54,536 nt of DNA, from the IMG/VR virus record IMGVR_UViG_3300038321_000349, positions 1-54,536 of that record. The stretch is one strand, 5' to 3'. Position 1 is the stretch's first letter. Every line of letters begins with the position of its first letter. The DNA is from a virus (taxonomy: Duplodnaviria; Caudoviricetes). Below are positions 53,284 through 54,536 of the stretch, in pieces. The notes under the pieces are model-generated. The model was not told the DNA's origin. It made no database searches and was given only the letters and a program-made list of their open reading frames with translations. Position numbers and translations under genes: made by a program.

Positions 53284-53997
53284 ATGGTAAATGACGTATT
53301 TCTCAGCAACCTTGTCCCTCACATGTACAAGTCTGAATTTGATGACCGGGCTGCTGATTTTCTCTCGCATTACTGCAAAGAGGCGCTGGAAAAGCCGATG
53401 CCCGTCCCTATCGAGGATATCGCCAGGCATCAGCTTCACATGGCCATTCTGGAAGTTCATCTCAGCGAAGATCTGAGCATTCTCGGTCAAACCTGCTTTA
53501 CAGACGGTCTCGCAGAAATCTACGATCCCGAAAACGACGAATACAGAGAGATTCCGATAAAAGGCGGAACCATGCTCATCGATCCGGACACGTTTCTGAA
53601 GCGAAACTTCGGAACCAAGAGGAATACCATCGCCCACGAATGCGTCCACTGGGTATACCACAGAAGATACTATATCGCCGCCAACCGGCTCGGCAATAAG
53701 CAGAGCATTGCCTACAGGGAGCCTGCCGGAATCGGTTATGACACCCTTCCCAAGAAATGGTCTGACGAAGACTGGATGGAATGGCAAGCCAACAACATCG
53801 CTCCTCGCATTCTCATGCCTAAGCAGACTGTCGGTAAAGCCTTCCAGATGGTACTGGATCGGAGCAAGGAGAATTCATTTGTTTCTGCCGGACTTGTCTC
53901 CAAGGGAAAATGGGTGATCGAGCAGTTCGCTGGCTTCTATCAGGTCTCAAAACAGTCCGCTGCAATACGCTTACAGGAGCTGGGCTACCTTTCCTAA
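53284..53997 (+). CDS. ImmA/IrrE-family metallopeptidase
   Basis: PVPIEDIA, NTIAHECVH (HExxH), EWQAN....ILMP, VSKQSA.IRL. Confidence 0.9.
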   Translation: MVNDVFLSNLVPHMYKSEFDDRAADFLSHYCKEALEKPMPVPIEDIARHQLHMAILEVHLSEDLSILGQTCFTDGLAEIYDPENDEYREIPIKGGTMLIDPDTFLKRNFGTKRNTIAHECVHWVYHRRYYIAANRLGNKQSIAYREPAGIGYDTLPKKWSDEDWMEWQANNIAPRILMPKQTVGKAFQMVLDRSKENSFVSAGLVSKGKWVIEQFAGFYQVSKQSAAIRLQELGYLS

Positions 53998-54091
53998 TAT
54001 GCATCAGGTAGTTCCGCTCTTTATTTTTTGCAAAGTAACTTCGCTAATCAGCGGAGCCGCTTATTTAGGAATTTTAGAAAGGAGGGATTCA

Positions 54092-54301
54092 ATGGAAGAT
54101 ATCCGAGACTGTTCAGGTCATCTCATGTGTCGCGGAGATGCCAGAACCGGCTTCGTGTCCTCTCTCTACAAAGGACATCGCACCACTGCTCACCTTGCAG
54201 TCGGCGAAACGTTCACCGTCGAGAGAAACGATACCAAGACCGAAATCACACGGATTGATGACTCGACCTTCAAGGTCAAGAGTTTTCAGAAAGCCGTGTA
54301 A
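54092..54301 (+). CDS. Small hypothetical protein (69 aa)
   Basis: AAAGGAGG RBS before ATG 54092. Confidence 0.7.
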   Translation: MEDIRDCSGHLMCRGDARTGFVSSLYKGHRTTAHLAVGETFTVERNDTKTEITRIDDSTFKVKSFQKAV

Positions 54302-54334
54302 GCGACAAACAAGTGAATAACACGTAAATCAACG

Positions 54335-54428
54335 ATCCGCAGAGCTGCACAGACGGCCGAGATAGTGACTTCAAAAACACTGTCCCGGCCGTCTTTCTGT
54401 CTCTACGGACGGTTCGGCTTCTGCGGAT
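54335..54428 (+). other. Nested stem-loop leader structure
   Basis: Outer ATCCGCAGA / TCTGCGGAT; inner AGACGGCCGAGATAGTG / CACTGTCCCGGCCGTCT followed by TTT. Confidence 0.55.
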
Positions 54429-54453
54429 TCAAGCAAATCCAAAGGAGTCGAAC

Positions 54454-54536
54454 ATGGGAAACAAATCTAAAACCTATCGCATCTACGACAAGACCACCAA
54501 GCAGTGGTACGAGATCCCGGAGGACCAGTACCGGGA
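54454..54536 (+). CDS. 5' end of a gene (possibly sigma-70 region 4 type regulator), truncated by window edge
   Basis: AAAGGAG RBS; MGNKSKTYRIYDKTTKQWYEIPEDQYR; product guessed from context only. Confidence 0.5.
   Translation, partial: MGNKSKTYRIYDKTTKQWYEIPEDQYR

Larger units (their letters stand above)
37600..54536. mobile_element. Second tandem integrated element (defence island plus regulatory module), continues beyond window
   Basis: Begins at att-like repeats; BREX, kinase-GNAT-ASCH, Xre/ImmA and the start of a putative sigma-like gene; no housekeeping genes. Confidence 0.65.

Noticed and set aside
1-54536. tRNA, rRNA or IS transposase genes
   Set aside because: None recognised by eye; a tRNAscan/Infernal/ISEScan run would be needed to exclude them formally.

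Overview
The window has three parts. (1) 1-~35300: the right-hand ~35 kb of a GC-rich Bacillota (clostridial-type) siphoprophage, almost all on the + strand. Gene order: family-A DNA polymerase, P4-type primase, VRR-NUC, SNF2 helicase, late regulator, HNH/TerS, two DNA methyltransferases, a cluster of small morons, TerL, portal, ClpP, HK97-type capsid, tail, holin, endolysin and a SHOCT plus three-gene serine recombinase module. (2) ~35370-37570: an AT-rich minus-strand cargo block (SAM methyltransferase, a vat-type streptogramin A acetyltransferase, two eroded mini-genes). It ends at an att-like junction that carries the C-terminal codons of an rlmD/rumA-type gene. (3) ~37600-end: the start of a second, tandem element. 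It holds a complete type 3 BREX operon with an extra coupled KOW/SH3-like gene, a divergent three-gene P-loop kinase / GNAT-PUA / ASCH operon (best candidate for an undescribed defence system) and an Xre/ImmA regulatory module. Features that the ORF track misses or mis-starts: a nested out-of-frame gene with a perfect RBS inside the C5 methyltransferase, an Arc-like gene divergent from a SLOG gene, two families of repeated promoter-like motifs, a -1 frameshift site, and subterminal repeats at the att site. All product calls come from motif recognition and gene context; no database searches were run.
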